A model generated the notes under the pieces. It did not search any database and was not told the origin of the DNA. It saw only the letters and a program-made list of their open reading frames with translations. 64,000 nucleotides of DNA from a virus, in the IMG/VR virus record IMGVR_UViG_3300049049_000237, positions 80,003 through 144,002 of that record. One strand, written 5' to 3'. Shown here one piece after another: positions 47,638 to 56,199 of this stretch. Position 1 is the first letter of the stretch. Every line of letters begins with the position of its first letter. The position numbers and the translations under genes are program-made.

Positions 47638-48941
47638 CGCTGGTAGCTGTCGGAGGCGAGACGCGCCAGGACGACCTTCTGCGGATCGGGCATCGAGGAG
47701 AAGACCGCGATCGGGTCCTTCTGGAAGCTCTTCCGCACGTCCTCACCGAACGCCTGCTGGACGAGCTGCCACTGGGTGGACGCGAGGTTCTTCAGCATCT
47801 CGTCGCTGACGTAGTCGTTGCCCTCCGACCACGACCAGCTCTCGTTCTTGGCGTACTTGCCGAACGTCGCCTGGAACGGATCGCGGAAGCCGAGGGGCCG
47901 GTTGTAGTAGGCGTTCGCTCCCGTGTGCTGGTCGAGCTCCGCGAGCATCTCGACCATCACGGAGGGCGGGGTGCTCGCCTTCTTCTCCATCAGCACGTGG
48001 TACGCGTGCTCGTGGCCGGTACCCTCGTAGTTGCGGATGCGCGTGACGAGCTCGCTGTCGATGTGCGGGCCGTACTCGTGACCGGCGTACTTCTGTGTGG
48101 CGCCGCGAACGGGGAGCCCGAGCTCCTCCAGGCGGGCGGCGAGGTTCACCGCGAACTCGCGGCGATCGTCGAGGGAGAACAGCGAGTAGTGGTCGTCGAA
48201 GTAGACCGACGCCTGCTTCACGTGCTCGTACTGATCGAGCGGGTACTTCTCCTGCGAAGGCAGGGCGAAACGCGTGACCACCATCGCGACCTTCTCCTTC
48301 GGGCGGTGCGCGGTGATGTCGCCGCAGTGCTCCCAGCCCGCCTTCTTCATCGCCGACGAGCCTGCCGTGGGCTTCGCGGTGTCCCGGCGGCTCGGCCACG
48401 TCGAGATGCTGCCGGACATCGGCATCATTTCCGTGCCGTTCAGGTCCGCCTTCTTCTGCATGTCGGACGTGAGCCCTGCCTGGGCGAGGCGGAAGCCTTC
48501 CATCGAGGACTTCGCCGCCTGGCTGCCGTGAACCATGCGGTCCTTGGCCGATGCGAGGTGACCCGCTGCGTCGATCACGCCCGAGATGCCCGCCATCTTC
48601 AGCAGGTCTTCGGGCGGCTGGACGTCGTACCACTCGCACGCGCCGACGAGGTTGCGCGCCGCGGTCTTGCGAGCCTGCTCCGGCAGGAGGTGCGATCGCT
48701 CCATGAAGTACATGACCGACGTGGCGAGGTGCCCCGAATCGTGCATCGCGTACTTCCGGACTGTCTCTCCGGCGTTCTGGGCGACGAGCGCGAACATGCG
48801 GTCGGGCAGCCGACCGAGGTCCTCCTGGCTCATCAGCTCCATGTCGAGTGAGGGAGGAAGCTCGGCACCGGCCAGCTTCGTCACGAGAAGCGACGCGTTC
48901 GCGTCGTCGTAGATGTCGAGGATCACGCCCGCGAGATGCAT
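47634..48941 (-). CDS. KxA-rich protein with a duplicated FAL...KY domain
   Basis: Start MHLAGVILD placed by the leaderless promoter; internal repeat. Confidence 0.75.
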   Translation of the reverse strand: MHLAGVILDIYDDANASLLVTKLAGAELPPSLDMELMSQEDLGRLPDRMFALVAQNAGETVRKYAMHDSGHLATSVMYFMERSHLLPEQARKTAARNLVGACEWYDVQPPEDLLKMAGISGVIDAAGHLASAKDRMVHGSQAAKSSMEGFRLAQAGLTSDMQKKADLNGTEMMPMSGSISTWPSRRDTAKPTAGSSAMKKAGWEHCGDITAHRPKEKVAMVVTRFALPSQEKYPLDQYEHVKQASVYFDDHYSLFSLDDRREFAVNLAARLEELGLPVRGATQKYAGHEYGPHIDSELVTRIRNYEGTGHEHAYHVLMEKKASTPPSVMVEMLAELDQHTGANAYYNRPLGFRDPFQATFGKYAKNESWSWSEGNDYVSDEMLKNLASTQWQLVQQAFGEDVRKSFQKDPIAVFSSMPDPQKVVLARLASDSYQR

Positions 48942-48947
48942 GGGCCA

Positions 48948-48977
48948 AGGGTACGGCAGGCACGACAGAACGGTCAA
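48948..48977 (-). promoter_or_regulatory. Sigma70-like promoter TTGACC-N18-TACCCT, leaderless
   Basis: -10 ends 6 nt before ATG 48941; same geometry as the RNAP promoter. Confidence 0.7.
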
Positions 48978-48981
48978 ACGA

Positions 48982-48996
48982 CCTATCAGGAAAATG
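48982..48996 (+). promoter_or_regulatory. Putative phage promoter CCTATCAGGAAAATG
   Basis: Exact core at the head of the replication block. Confidence 0.7.
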
Positions 48997-49015
48997 AACG
49001 CTCTAACGGAGGTTT

Positions 49016-49648
49016 ATGTCCCTCGAACCCGAGGTCGGGAACAATATCGGGCCGACCAACAAGAACATGAACTGCGACTCGTGGGGAACCTACGAATCGC
49101 CCAACTCCTCGCCCACCGCCTCCCTGTGCAACGGCGGTACGCTCGACGGCCATCTGTGGGCCGAGTGCCCTTCGCGCGAGGACTGCCGCAAGGAGCGTAA
49201 CCAGCGAGTGCTCGCAGATGCGCGAGCTCGCTCGGGACGCACGCATCTGCCCACGGTCTCGCCGGCATCGCAGGTACGCTTCGTCGGAGGGCAGACGCAG
49301 CGCCCGTTCTCTGGTACCACCTCTTCTCCCGCAGCAACGACCATCCCCCAGCGCCCGGTGGGGGTACCCGCCCAGATCCACAAGGCCGAATCCGGCAACC
49401 CCTACATCGACACGCCTCGCGTGCTCGCGCCTACGCGGCCGGGCATGCACTCGCCCACGTTCCTGCCGAACAAGAAGGAGCACTGGGCAACCCGCCTCTT
49501 CAAGAACATGGTCCAGGGCGCGTTCAACGCGTTCGGCTGGCACATCCACGACCTCACGCAGCACGTCGACCTCTTCCCCTATCAGGACGACGAGCAGCAC
49601 ATCCTGCCCCCTTCCACGCCTCCCGCGGAGGATAACGAGAAGAGATGA
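49016..49648 (+). CDS. Hypothetical protein, Cys-rich N-terminus and Pro-rich linker
   Basis: GGAGG RBS; four cysteines near the N-terminus. Confidence 0.7.
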   Translation: MSLEPEVGNNIGPTNKNMNCDSWGTYESPNSSPTASLCNGGTLDGHLWAECPSREDCRKERNQRVLADARARSGRTHLPTVSPASQVRFVGGQTQRPFSGTTSSPAATTIPQRPVGVPAQIHKAESGNPYIDTPRVLAPTRPGMHSPTFLPNKKEHWATRLFKNMVQGAFNAFGWHIHDLTQHVDLFPYQDDEQHILPPSTPPAEDNEKR

Positions 49649-51036
49649 AGTTCGTACTTCGTGATCCCCAGACCGCGTACCTCGATACGTGGCTCTGGCT
49701 CCCGAAGATGTACTGGAGCGTCGGCCAGCTACAGGCGGCGCTCCGGTACGAGAACCCCAGGACGGGTGACCTGCTCGACGTCTTTCACGAGGCGGCCGAG
49801 CACTACAAGGTTCCCCGCAACTTCCTGTCCTGGGAGACTCTCGGGAAGCTGCCGTACCCCGTGGTCGACAGCCGGTTCACCGACTTCCCTCGCGTCGAGT
49901 TCACGAGCAAGGTCGTGCTCGACGCGAAGGAGCCGTCGAAGACCTACCAGCGAGATGGCTCACAAGCTCTTCTTTCGGTATGGGACGGCATCCTCACCCT
50001 GCGCTGCGGGGCAGGGAAGACAGTCGTTGGACTACACACGGCTGCGCAGAACAAGAACCCCATCCTCATCGTCGTGCAGGACAAGGGCCTCGCACGGCAG
50101 TGGATGGAAGAGATCGAAGAGTTCCTGGGCATCCCAGCCAAAGAGGTGGGACGCGTCGGCGGCGACAAGTCGCCGTTCGACTGGGAGAAGAAGATCTGCG
50201 TCGCGATCGTGAACACGCTCGCGATACGTGTGCAGGAAGGAACGCTGCCGCCGGAGATGACCCGGCACTTCGGCACCATCCTGCTGGACGAGGCGCACAC
50301 GATGGGCGCTCCGTTCTTCAACACGGCCATCCCGCCGTTCCACGGCAGGCGTTGGGGACTGAGCGCGACCCCGACGCGCGAGGACGGGTTCGACTCGCTC
50401 CTCCAGTACACGATGGGCGACGTCGTGTACGAGTATCTGATGCCGGACCTGAAGCCCACCGTCTTCTTTCGGTCCCTCCCGACGATCTTGAACACGACCG
50501 ACAAGCGGGTGAAGGAAGCGACCCACGACTCGACGGGCATGCTCCACTTCGGGAAGCTCTACGACTACTTCGCGTCGCTCGACCGCCGAGTCACCACGAT
50601 CGCGAACGACGTGAAGATCTCCCTGAACGACGGACGCCAGGTCCTCATCCTCACGCACAGCCGAGCGATGTGTGAAGCGCTGGCTGCGAAGCTGCCTGGG
50701 GCAGGCGTGGTGCACGGCGACGTGGGAGAGCTCGAACGGCTCAAGCGCATCAGGAACTGCAACCCCGTCATCGCGATCATGAGACTGGGCAAGCAGGCGC
50801 TGAACAAGCCCAGCCTCGACACGTTGTTCATCTGCGAGCCCTTCCGGAAGGAAGCGATGCTCCAGCAGTGCATCGGCCGCATCTTGCGCAACTACGGCGG
50901 CAAAAAGTCGCCGAGTGCGGTCTTCTACGAGGACACGCAGATCGAGCCGATGTTCAAGCTCTGCAACAAGATCCGACGAAGCCTCTACTACTGGCCCGCC
51001 AAGAAGGGCGGCCGGATCCCGTACTTCGACAAGTGA
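49645..51036 (+). CDS. Superfamily 2 helicase
   Basis: CGAGKT, DEAH, SAT, QCIGRILR. Confidence 0.9.
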   Translation: MKFVLRDPQTAYLDTWLWLPKMYWSVGQLQAALRYENPRTGDLLDVFHEAAEHYKVPRNFLSWETLGKLPYPVVDSRFTDFPRVEFTSKVVLDAKEPSKTYQRDGSQALLSVWDGILTLRCGAGKTVVGLHTAAQNKNPILIVVQDKGLARQWMEEIEEFLGIPAKEVGRVGGDKSPFDWEKKICVAIVNTLAIRVQEGTLPPEMTRHFGTILLDEAHTMGAPFFNTAIPPFHGRRWGLSATPTREDGFDSLLQYTMGDVVYEYLMPDLKPTVFFRSLPTILNTTDKRVKEATHDSTGMLHFGKLYDYFASLDRRVTTIANDVKISLNDGRQVLILTHSRAMCEALAAKLPGAGVVHGDVGELERLKRIRNCNPVIAIMRLGKQALNKPSLDTLFICEPFRKEAMLQQCIGRILRNYGGKKSPSAVFYEDTQIEPMFKLCNKIRRSLYYWPAKKGGRIPYFDK

Positions 51037-51047
51037 GAGACAGGAAC

Positions 51048-51572
51048 ATGGACATCATCAACAAGAGCAGCGTGCAGGACACCCTTCCTTCGATCGAGAT
51101 GTGGACCGGGCTGGAGCGACCGCGCCTCAGGCTCTCCGACTCGGATGCCGTGTTGCGTGTGCACATCAACCCGGCAGACCGCGAGTACCGCTGGCTTGAT
51201 CACGTCGTCCTGCTGCCCTGGTTCGCGCCGCAGCGCGTTCTCGGCTTCGTCCACCCGAGGATGATGGAGAAGGTGGGCCAGGAGCCGTTCATGCTGCACG
51301 CCGCATGCATGTACAACGCGAACCACGCGCTCCAGCCGGTGAACGGCAACCAGATGCGCGTCGTGGAGGGGCCGAAGATCACGCTGCCCTACGACCTCAT
51401 CGATCCGATGAACATCCGCATCTACCGCTGCCCGTCGGCCATCTTCCTCGCCGACCAGTCGCCGCGGACGCGTGAGGTGTTCGCGGCGATGCTCATCCAG
51501 GTCCTCGCCCCGACGCAGATCGAGCTCGCGGACCCCGGGAAGGTGCCGCCCCAGCGGGGTCAGCGCGGATGA
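51048..51572 (+). CDS. Hypothetical protein
   Basis: AGGA RBS, ATG 51048. Confidence 0.7.
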   Translation: MDIINKSSVQDTLPSIEMWTGLERPRLRLSDSDAVLRVHINPADREYRWLDHVVLLPWFAPQRVLGFVHPRMMEKVGQEPFMLHAACMYNANHALQPVNGNQMRVVEGPKITLPYDLIDPMNIRIYRCPSAIFLADQSPRTREVFAAMLIQVLAPTQIELADPGKVPPQRGQRG

Positions 51573-52306
51573 CCGACGAGGCGCGCTCGAAGAGAAACCT
51601 GACCGTGCTCTCCGAGCAGTGGCACGGATGCACGCGCTGCGAGCTGTCGAAGACCCGAGAAGGTCCCGACATCTTCTTCGGGTTCGGAGAAGCGCAGCCT
51701 CGCGTACTCGTCATCGGCTCGACGCCCACCGCTGCGGACGAGTATGGGAACGCGATGTTCGCGGGGGATGAGGGGGATCTTCTTCTGCACCTGTTGAGAG
51801 AAGAAGCCAACATCCCGACCGAGGACTGCTTCTTCACGTACGCCGTCTCGTGCCGCCCGAAGGTGTTCATCCCCGCGACGGAGGATGAGCCCGAGCGCAT
51901 CGAGAACAGGCCGCCCTCGAAGGAGGAGCTCGTGGCGTGTCGCCCGCGCCTGTACGAGATCCTCTACCAGACCGACCCTCGCGCGATCGTCACCGTCGGC
52001 GAGGTCGCAACGAAGGCGGTCGTGCGGGGACGACTGCCGAAGTTCGTCGAGGCCGTCGACAAGCAGTACCAGTGCGTGCTGTTCCCCGCGACGAAGGAAG
52101 ACCACGAGGACAACAAGGTGACGGGCAAGGCCCGCTACCAGCCGCTCGTCTATCCGGTCTTCCCGATCCCCGACATGAACACGATCATCAACAATCCGAG
52201 CACCGCTGAACATGGTCCTTACCGCCTCGCGGTGAAGATCCTCAAGAAGGTGCAGGACTACACGAAGTTCGTAATCGAAAACGAAGAGCACACGATGAGG
52301 GGCTGA
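51569..52306 (+). CDS. Uracil-DNA glycosylase family 4-like protein (degenerate active site)
   Basis: CTRCEL, VSCRP, RPP...ELVACRPRL iron-sulfur pattern. Confidence 0.75.
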   Translation: MTDEARSKRNLTVLSEQWHGCTRCELSKTREGPDIFFGFGEAQPRVLVIGSTPTAADEYGNAMFAGDEGDLLLHLLREEANIPTEDCFFTYAVSCRPKVFIPATEDEPERIENRPPSKEELVACRPRLYEILYQTDPRAIVTVGEVATKAVVRGRLPKFVEAVDKQYQCVLFPATKEDHEDNKVTGKARYQPLVYPVFPIPDMNTIINNPSTAEHGPYRLAVKILKKVQDYTKFVIENEEHTMRG

Positions 52307-52737
52307 TGTCCAAGCAGACCGCATTCGCAGCGAAGACCGCATACGAGCAGGCCCTGGCCCAGTACGAGGCGTTCCGCGCGGAGCACGCCGACGTCTTCGA
52401 GGAGCACGACCATCTCGCCGTCGCCCTCCAGGAGGCGTTCGACGCGATGAAGAACGAGTACAAGGAGAACCACAAGATCCTGGGTCGCCAGTTCGCCGGC
52501 ATGAAGCTCTCCGTCCCGCGCGAGCTCAAGGTCGACGTTCTCATCGAGGAGCTGGGCGAGGACGAGGTCGAGAAGTTCAGCTTCGTCAAGAAGAAGCTGA
52601 GCATCGACGCGAAGGAGTGGGACAAGGCCGTCTCGGCTGGCGTGATCGATCGCTCGCTCGCCGAGAAGGTCGAAGGCGAAGGTTCTCCCCGCATCACCGG
52701 TGGTCCGCGCTCGCTGCCGACCATCTACCAGCCGTAG
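52306..52737 (+). CDS. Hypothetical protein
   Basis: TGATG-coupled ORF, coiled-coil N-terminus. Confidence 0.75.
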   Translation: MSKQTAFAAKTAYEQALAQYEAFRAEHADVFEEHDHLAVALQEAFDAMKNEYKENHKILGRQFAGMKLSVPRELKVDVLIEELGEDEVEKFSFVKKKLSIDAKEWDKAVSAGVIDRSLAEKVEGEGSPRITGGPRSLPTIYQP

Positions 52738-53096
52738 TGATCACGGAGATCGTTCAGTGGGTCGAGGCATGGGACGCCGATGGCGAGCCCATCCTCGACC
52801 TCTGTTACCAGTCCTACCTCACAGAGGAACAGCTCTACATGGCTGACGTGTTCAAGTCGCTCTCGGGCGACGGCAAGGCGAAGATCAGACGCGAGCTCAC
52901 CGAGACGCTCGGCGGCCCGCGCTACAGCTCGATCAAGGTGACGACCAGCATCGAGCTCACTTGCGACCAGTCGCAGCCGGTCATCCGGCGCGCAGCGAAG
53001 GAAGCGATGGCCGAGGTGCAGATCCTCAACGAGGAAGCCCTCACGGTCTCGTGGGAGAAGCTCCGCGAGCACATCAAGGACACGGACTGGACCTGA
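52737..53096 (+). CDS. Hypothetical protein
   Basis: GTG overlapping the upstream TAG. Confidence 0.6.
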   Translation: MITEIVQWVEAWDADGEPILDLCYQSYLTEEQLYMADVFKSLSGDGKAKIRRELTETLGGPRYSSIKVTTSIELTCDQSQPVIRRAAKEAMAEVQILNEEALTVSWEKLREHIKDTDWT

Positions 53097-53422
53097 TGCA
53101 CAGCGGATTCAAAGGAACGCGTCTCGCGCTGACTTCCATGTCGGTGCGAGAGAACATCATCAACTACGAGATCTCGTACATCGATAGCGACGGCGTGTCC
53201 CACGGGACGATGAAGCACGCGCACTCGATCGTCGAAGGTTCGGACGTACACAAGAAGATGGACGAGCTCGCAGGACTTCTGCTGGGACAAGCCGCGAAGA
53301 TGCACTTCGAGAGCCCCGCTGGAGAGACCGTGCGTGCACCCGCAGGAGGCATTCGTGGAATCGCAGAAGCTCTGGGCTATTCCGGAGTCCCGTCTGATGA
53401 GCCTGACGGAACTCCAGGATAG
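53096..53422 (+). CDS. Hypothetical protein
   Basis: TGATG coupling. Confidence 0.6.
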   Translation: MHSGFKGTRLALTSMSVRENIINYEISYIDSDGVSHGTMKHAHSIVEGSDVHKKMDELAGLLLGQAAKMHFESPAGETVRAPAGGIRGIAEALGYSGVPSDEPDGTPG

Positions 53423-54449
53423 CGTCGTCATCGACGCAGATCATCATCACCCCGACATCATCTTCGACCCGACCGGACAGCATCACAACATGTTCTTCCG
53501 CGTCCTCCCGATGAAAGAGATCATCGACGAGAACGAGGAGAACATGGTCGGGCTGGTCATCGACTCCAACATCGACGACCACGTGCTGTACGAGACCCGC
53601 GCCCACATGTTCACGCGGTGGAGCCGGCACCAGCTCCTCGCCTTCTTCGGCGCCCGCGAGAAGTGGTTCAGCTTCGTGGACCTGGAGCGCCAGGCAGACG
53701 AGCTCAACGCACGCGTGGGATCACTCGCAGGACACTGCATCCGCACGATGCGTCCCTTCGACGAGGACTTCCCGATCCACATCGTCCGCGGCATCGTGAG
53801 CGCCGAGTACGTGGACATCCCGAACGTCGCTATCATGGAAGCGATGGTTGCACGCATGCCCAGTGACGCATGCGCGCTTCGCTACCACAGCGGCATCACC
53901 GATCGGGCGTTCTACGCCTACGTGTTCAGCCCCGACATCATCGCGATCCCAGGCACGAAGTTCATCGCGCATCCCGGCGCGCTCGTGCGCAACAGCGAGG
54001 TCGGGCACACCTCGCTCAGCATCACGCCGTGCTTGGTCACGCCGACCGGGCAGCCCATCGTCGCGAAGGAGCACGTGATGCTTCGTCGTGTTCACCGTGG
54101 GCGTGACCTCGACCTCATGGGTCTGTTCGAGGGCACCTTCGACAAGTGCGCGACCCTCTGGAAGGGGATGAGCAGCAAGATCATGATGCTCTCCTCGAAG
54201 ACGTATCCGGACACTGACAACGCGGTCGCGACGATGCAGCGGCTGCTGATCCGTGCAGAGGCGAGGAAGGACTTCATCGCCCTCTGTACCCAGAAGTACA
54301 GGAACACCCGCAGCGGCCAGACGAGGCACACCGCCCTCGACATCTTCGAGGTCGTGACCGAGGTCTGCGCCACGTTCACCGATCGCGACGAGAGCTACGA
54401 GCTCGGTGCCATCGCTGGTGCCGTGCTCTTCCGACTCGTTCTCACCTGA
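53397..54449 (+). CDS. DUF932-like protein
   Basis: VRGIVSAEY...N, GALVRNSEVG and RRVH pattern. Confidence 0.6.
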   Translation: MSLTELQDSVVIDADHHHPDIIFDPTGQHHNMFFRVLPMKEIIDENEENMVGLVIDSNIDDHVLYETRAHMFTRWSRHQLLAFFGAREKWFSFVDLERQADELNARVGSLAGHCIRTMRPFDEDFPIHIVRGIVSAEYVDIPNVAIMEAMVARMPSDACALRYHSGITDRAFYAYVFSPDIIAIPGTKFIAHPGALVRNSEVGHTSLSITPCLVTPTGQPIVAKEHVMLRRVHRGRDLDLMGLFEGTFDKCATLWKGMSSKIMMLSSKTYPDTDNAVATMQRLLIRAEARKDFIALCTQKYRNTRSGQTRHTALDIFEVVTEVCATFTDRDESYELGAIAGAVLFRLVLT

Positions 54450-54562
54450 CGCTGCCCGTACGCACGGTCACCACGCGAACCACACAACCGATTGTGGTCC
54501 GCGGGACGTGCTTGCGGGCGCGCGTTTCCTTCTCCAGTATCGCCCTCCCCCGGAGGTTCGAG

Positions 54563-56197
54563 TTGTCGACGATTGCCCTCGAACTGTTTGCCGCGATGAT
54601 CAAGTTGGGCGACCTCACGCCCATCCATCGCGGAGACCTGCGCAGGGAGCACTGCACCGACGCCGCATCCGAGACGCTGTTCGATTTCTGCGCCAACTAT
54701 CGCCAGATGACCGATGGGCAAGGACGTGTGCCCTCGCTGTCGGTCATCAAGGATAGGTTCCCGCACATCAGCCTGCCGGAACCTCCCGAGCAGATCGACC
54801 TGCCGGGCCTCGTCTACGAGGCGAAGGTCTACAAGACGAAGCTCAACGTGCAGGAGCTCGTCGACAAGATGGTGGACGCGATCGAAGCGACGGACCCGAT
54901 CGCTGCGCTACGCACCGTCCGGATGCAGTTCGATCAGGTGATGTCGACGATGTCGAGCGCTACCGACCTCTCCTTCAAGGAGGCCGCGCTCGACATCATC
55001 GACAAGTACCAGCAGGGCAACATCCTGCCCGAAGGTATCCCCTGGCCCTGGCCGTCTCTCCACAAGGCGACCAGCGGCATGCACAAGGGCCAGTTCTACG
55101 TCATCGCTGGACGACCCAAGTCCCGCAAGACGTTCATCGCCCTGTACATCGGCGCCTTCCTCGTGAAGTTCTTCGGACTGCGTGTGCTCTTCGTCTCTCC
55201 GGAGATGCCGCCCATGCAGGTCATGCTCCGCTTCGTCGCCTTCATGGCGGAGGTGGAGTACAGCGCGTTCAAGAAGAGCGAGCTCTCGAAGGAAGACGAA
55301 GATCGTCTCTACGACGAGATCAGCGGCTTCCTCGACACGCTCGACGGCATCCTCGACGACCCCACGGGGAACACCGAGGACGCAGTCGGCTACCTGGGCC
55401 CGAACGCCGAGGACATCCCTCGCGGTACCGAGCCCGCCTTCATCGTGACGAAGGCCACCGGTCAGACGGTGAGCTTCATCGAGATGAAGATCAAGGAGCA
55501 CCGGCCCGACGTCGTCATCGTGGATTCGTTCTACCGCATCGGCGCGGTGGGCGCGCGAGCGAGCGACCCGGACTGGAAGCAGATGACGTCCGTCAGCCGA
55601 CACCTGAAGGACATGGCGATGGAGCAGGACGTGGTGGTCATCGGGACGCACCAGCTCAATCGCGATGCGGATCAGAAGGTCGGTAGCATCGCGAACCTCG
55701 CGCTCTCCGACGCAGTCGGCCAGGACTGCGACCTCGCGATCCGCGTCATCACCGCCAAGCGCACGACGGGCGACAAGTCCGCGCTCTACGTGCTCGGAGG
55801 CCGCGAGACGGACTGCGACGGCGTGTTCATCCACAACGAGCCGTGCAGCAACTTCACCGAGATCGGTCCCATCGGACCCGGCATGCGTAAGAAGCTGCTG
55901 GAGATGATGGTCGAGGAAGATGAAGTCGACCAGGCCGAGGACGGACAGACCTCGGGCGGCAAGCCCCCGGCGAACATGAGAGGGGACAAGACGAAGGCAG
56001 CAGCAGCGGTGACGGCCAAGCTCAAGGGGAAGTCGTCGTCCGTGTCGAACTTCACGAACGGCAACGGGAAGGGCATGTCGAACGCGATGCCGAAGCGAGC
56101 GGCTGAGACCGTCTCGGCATCGATGGTCGCCGCGAACCCGATCCGTCCCGAAGACCTCGACCCCGACACTGACGAAGCCGAAGCCGCCGAGGAGTAG
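54563..56197 (+). CDS. dnaB: DnaB-like replicative helicase
   Basis: GGAGG plus TTG start; IAGRPKSRKT, SPEM, VIVDS, HQLNR, SDAVGQDCD. Confidence 0.85.
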   Translation: MSTIALELFAAMIKLGDLTPIHRGDLRREHCTDAASETLFDFCANYRQMTDGQGRVPSLSVIKDRFPHISLPEPPEQIDLPGLVYEAKVYKTKLNVQELVDKMVDAIEATDPIAALRTVRMQFDQVMSTMSSATDLSFKEAALDIIDKYQQGNILPEGIPWPWPSLHKATSGMHKGQFYVIAGRPKSRKTFIALYIGAFLVKFFGLRVLFVSPEMPPMQVMLRFVAFMAEVEYSAFKKSELSKEDEDRLYDEISGFLDTLDGILDDPTGNTEDAVGYLGPNAEDIPRGTEPAFIVTKATGQTVSFIEMKIKEHRPDVVIVDSFYRIGAVGARASDPDWKQMTSVSRHLKDMAMEQDVVVIGTHQLNRDADQKVGSIANLALSDAVGQDCDLAIRVITAKRTTGDKSALYVLGGRETDCDGVFIHNEPCSNFTEIGPIGPGMRKKLLEMMVEEDEVDQAEDGQTSGGKPPANMRGDKTKAAAAVTAKLKGKSSSVSNFTNGNGKGMSNAMPKRAAETVSASMVAANPIRPEDLDPDTDEAEAAEE

Positions 56198-56199
56198 AC

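Noticed and set aside
54512-54545. Possible sigma70 promoter before dnaB (TTGCGG...CAGTAT)
   Set aside because: Weak -10 match; insufficient support
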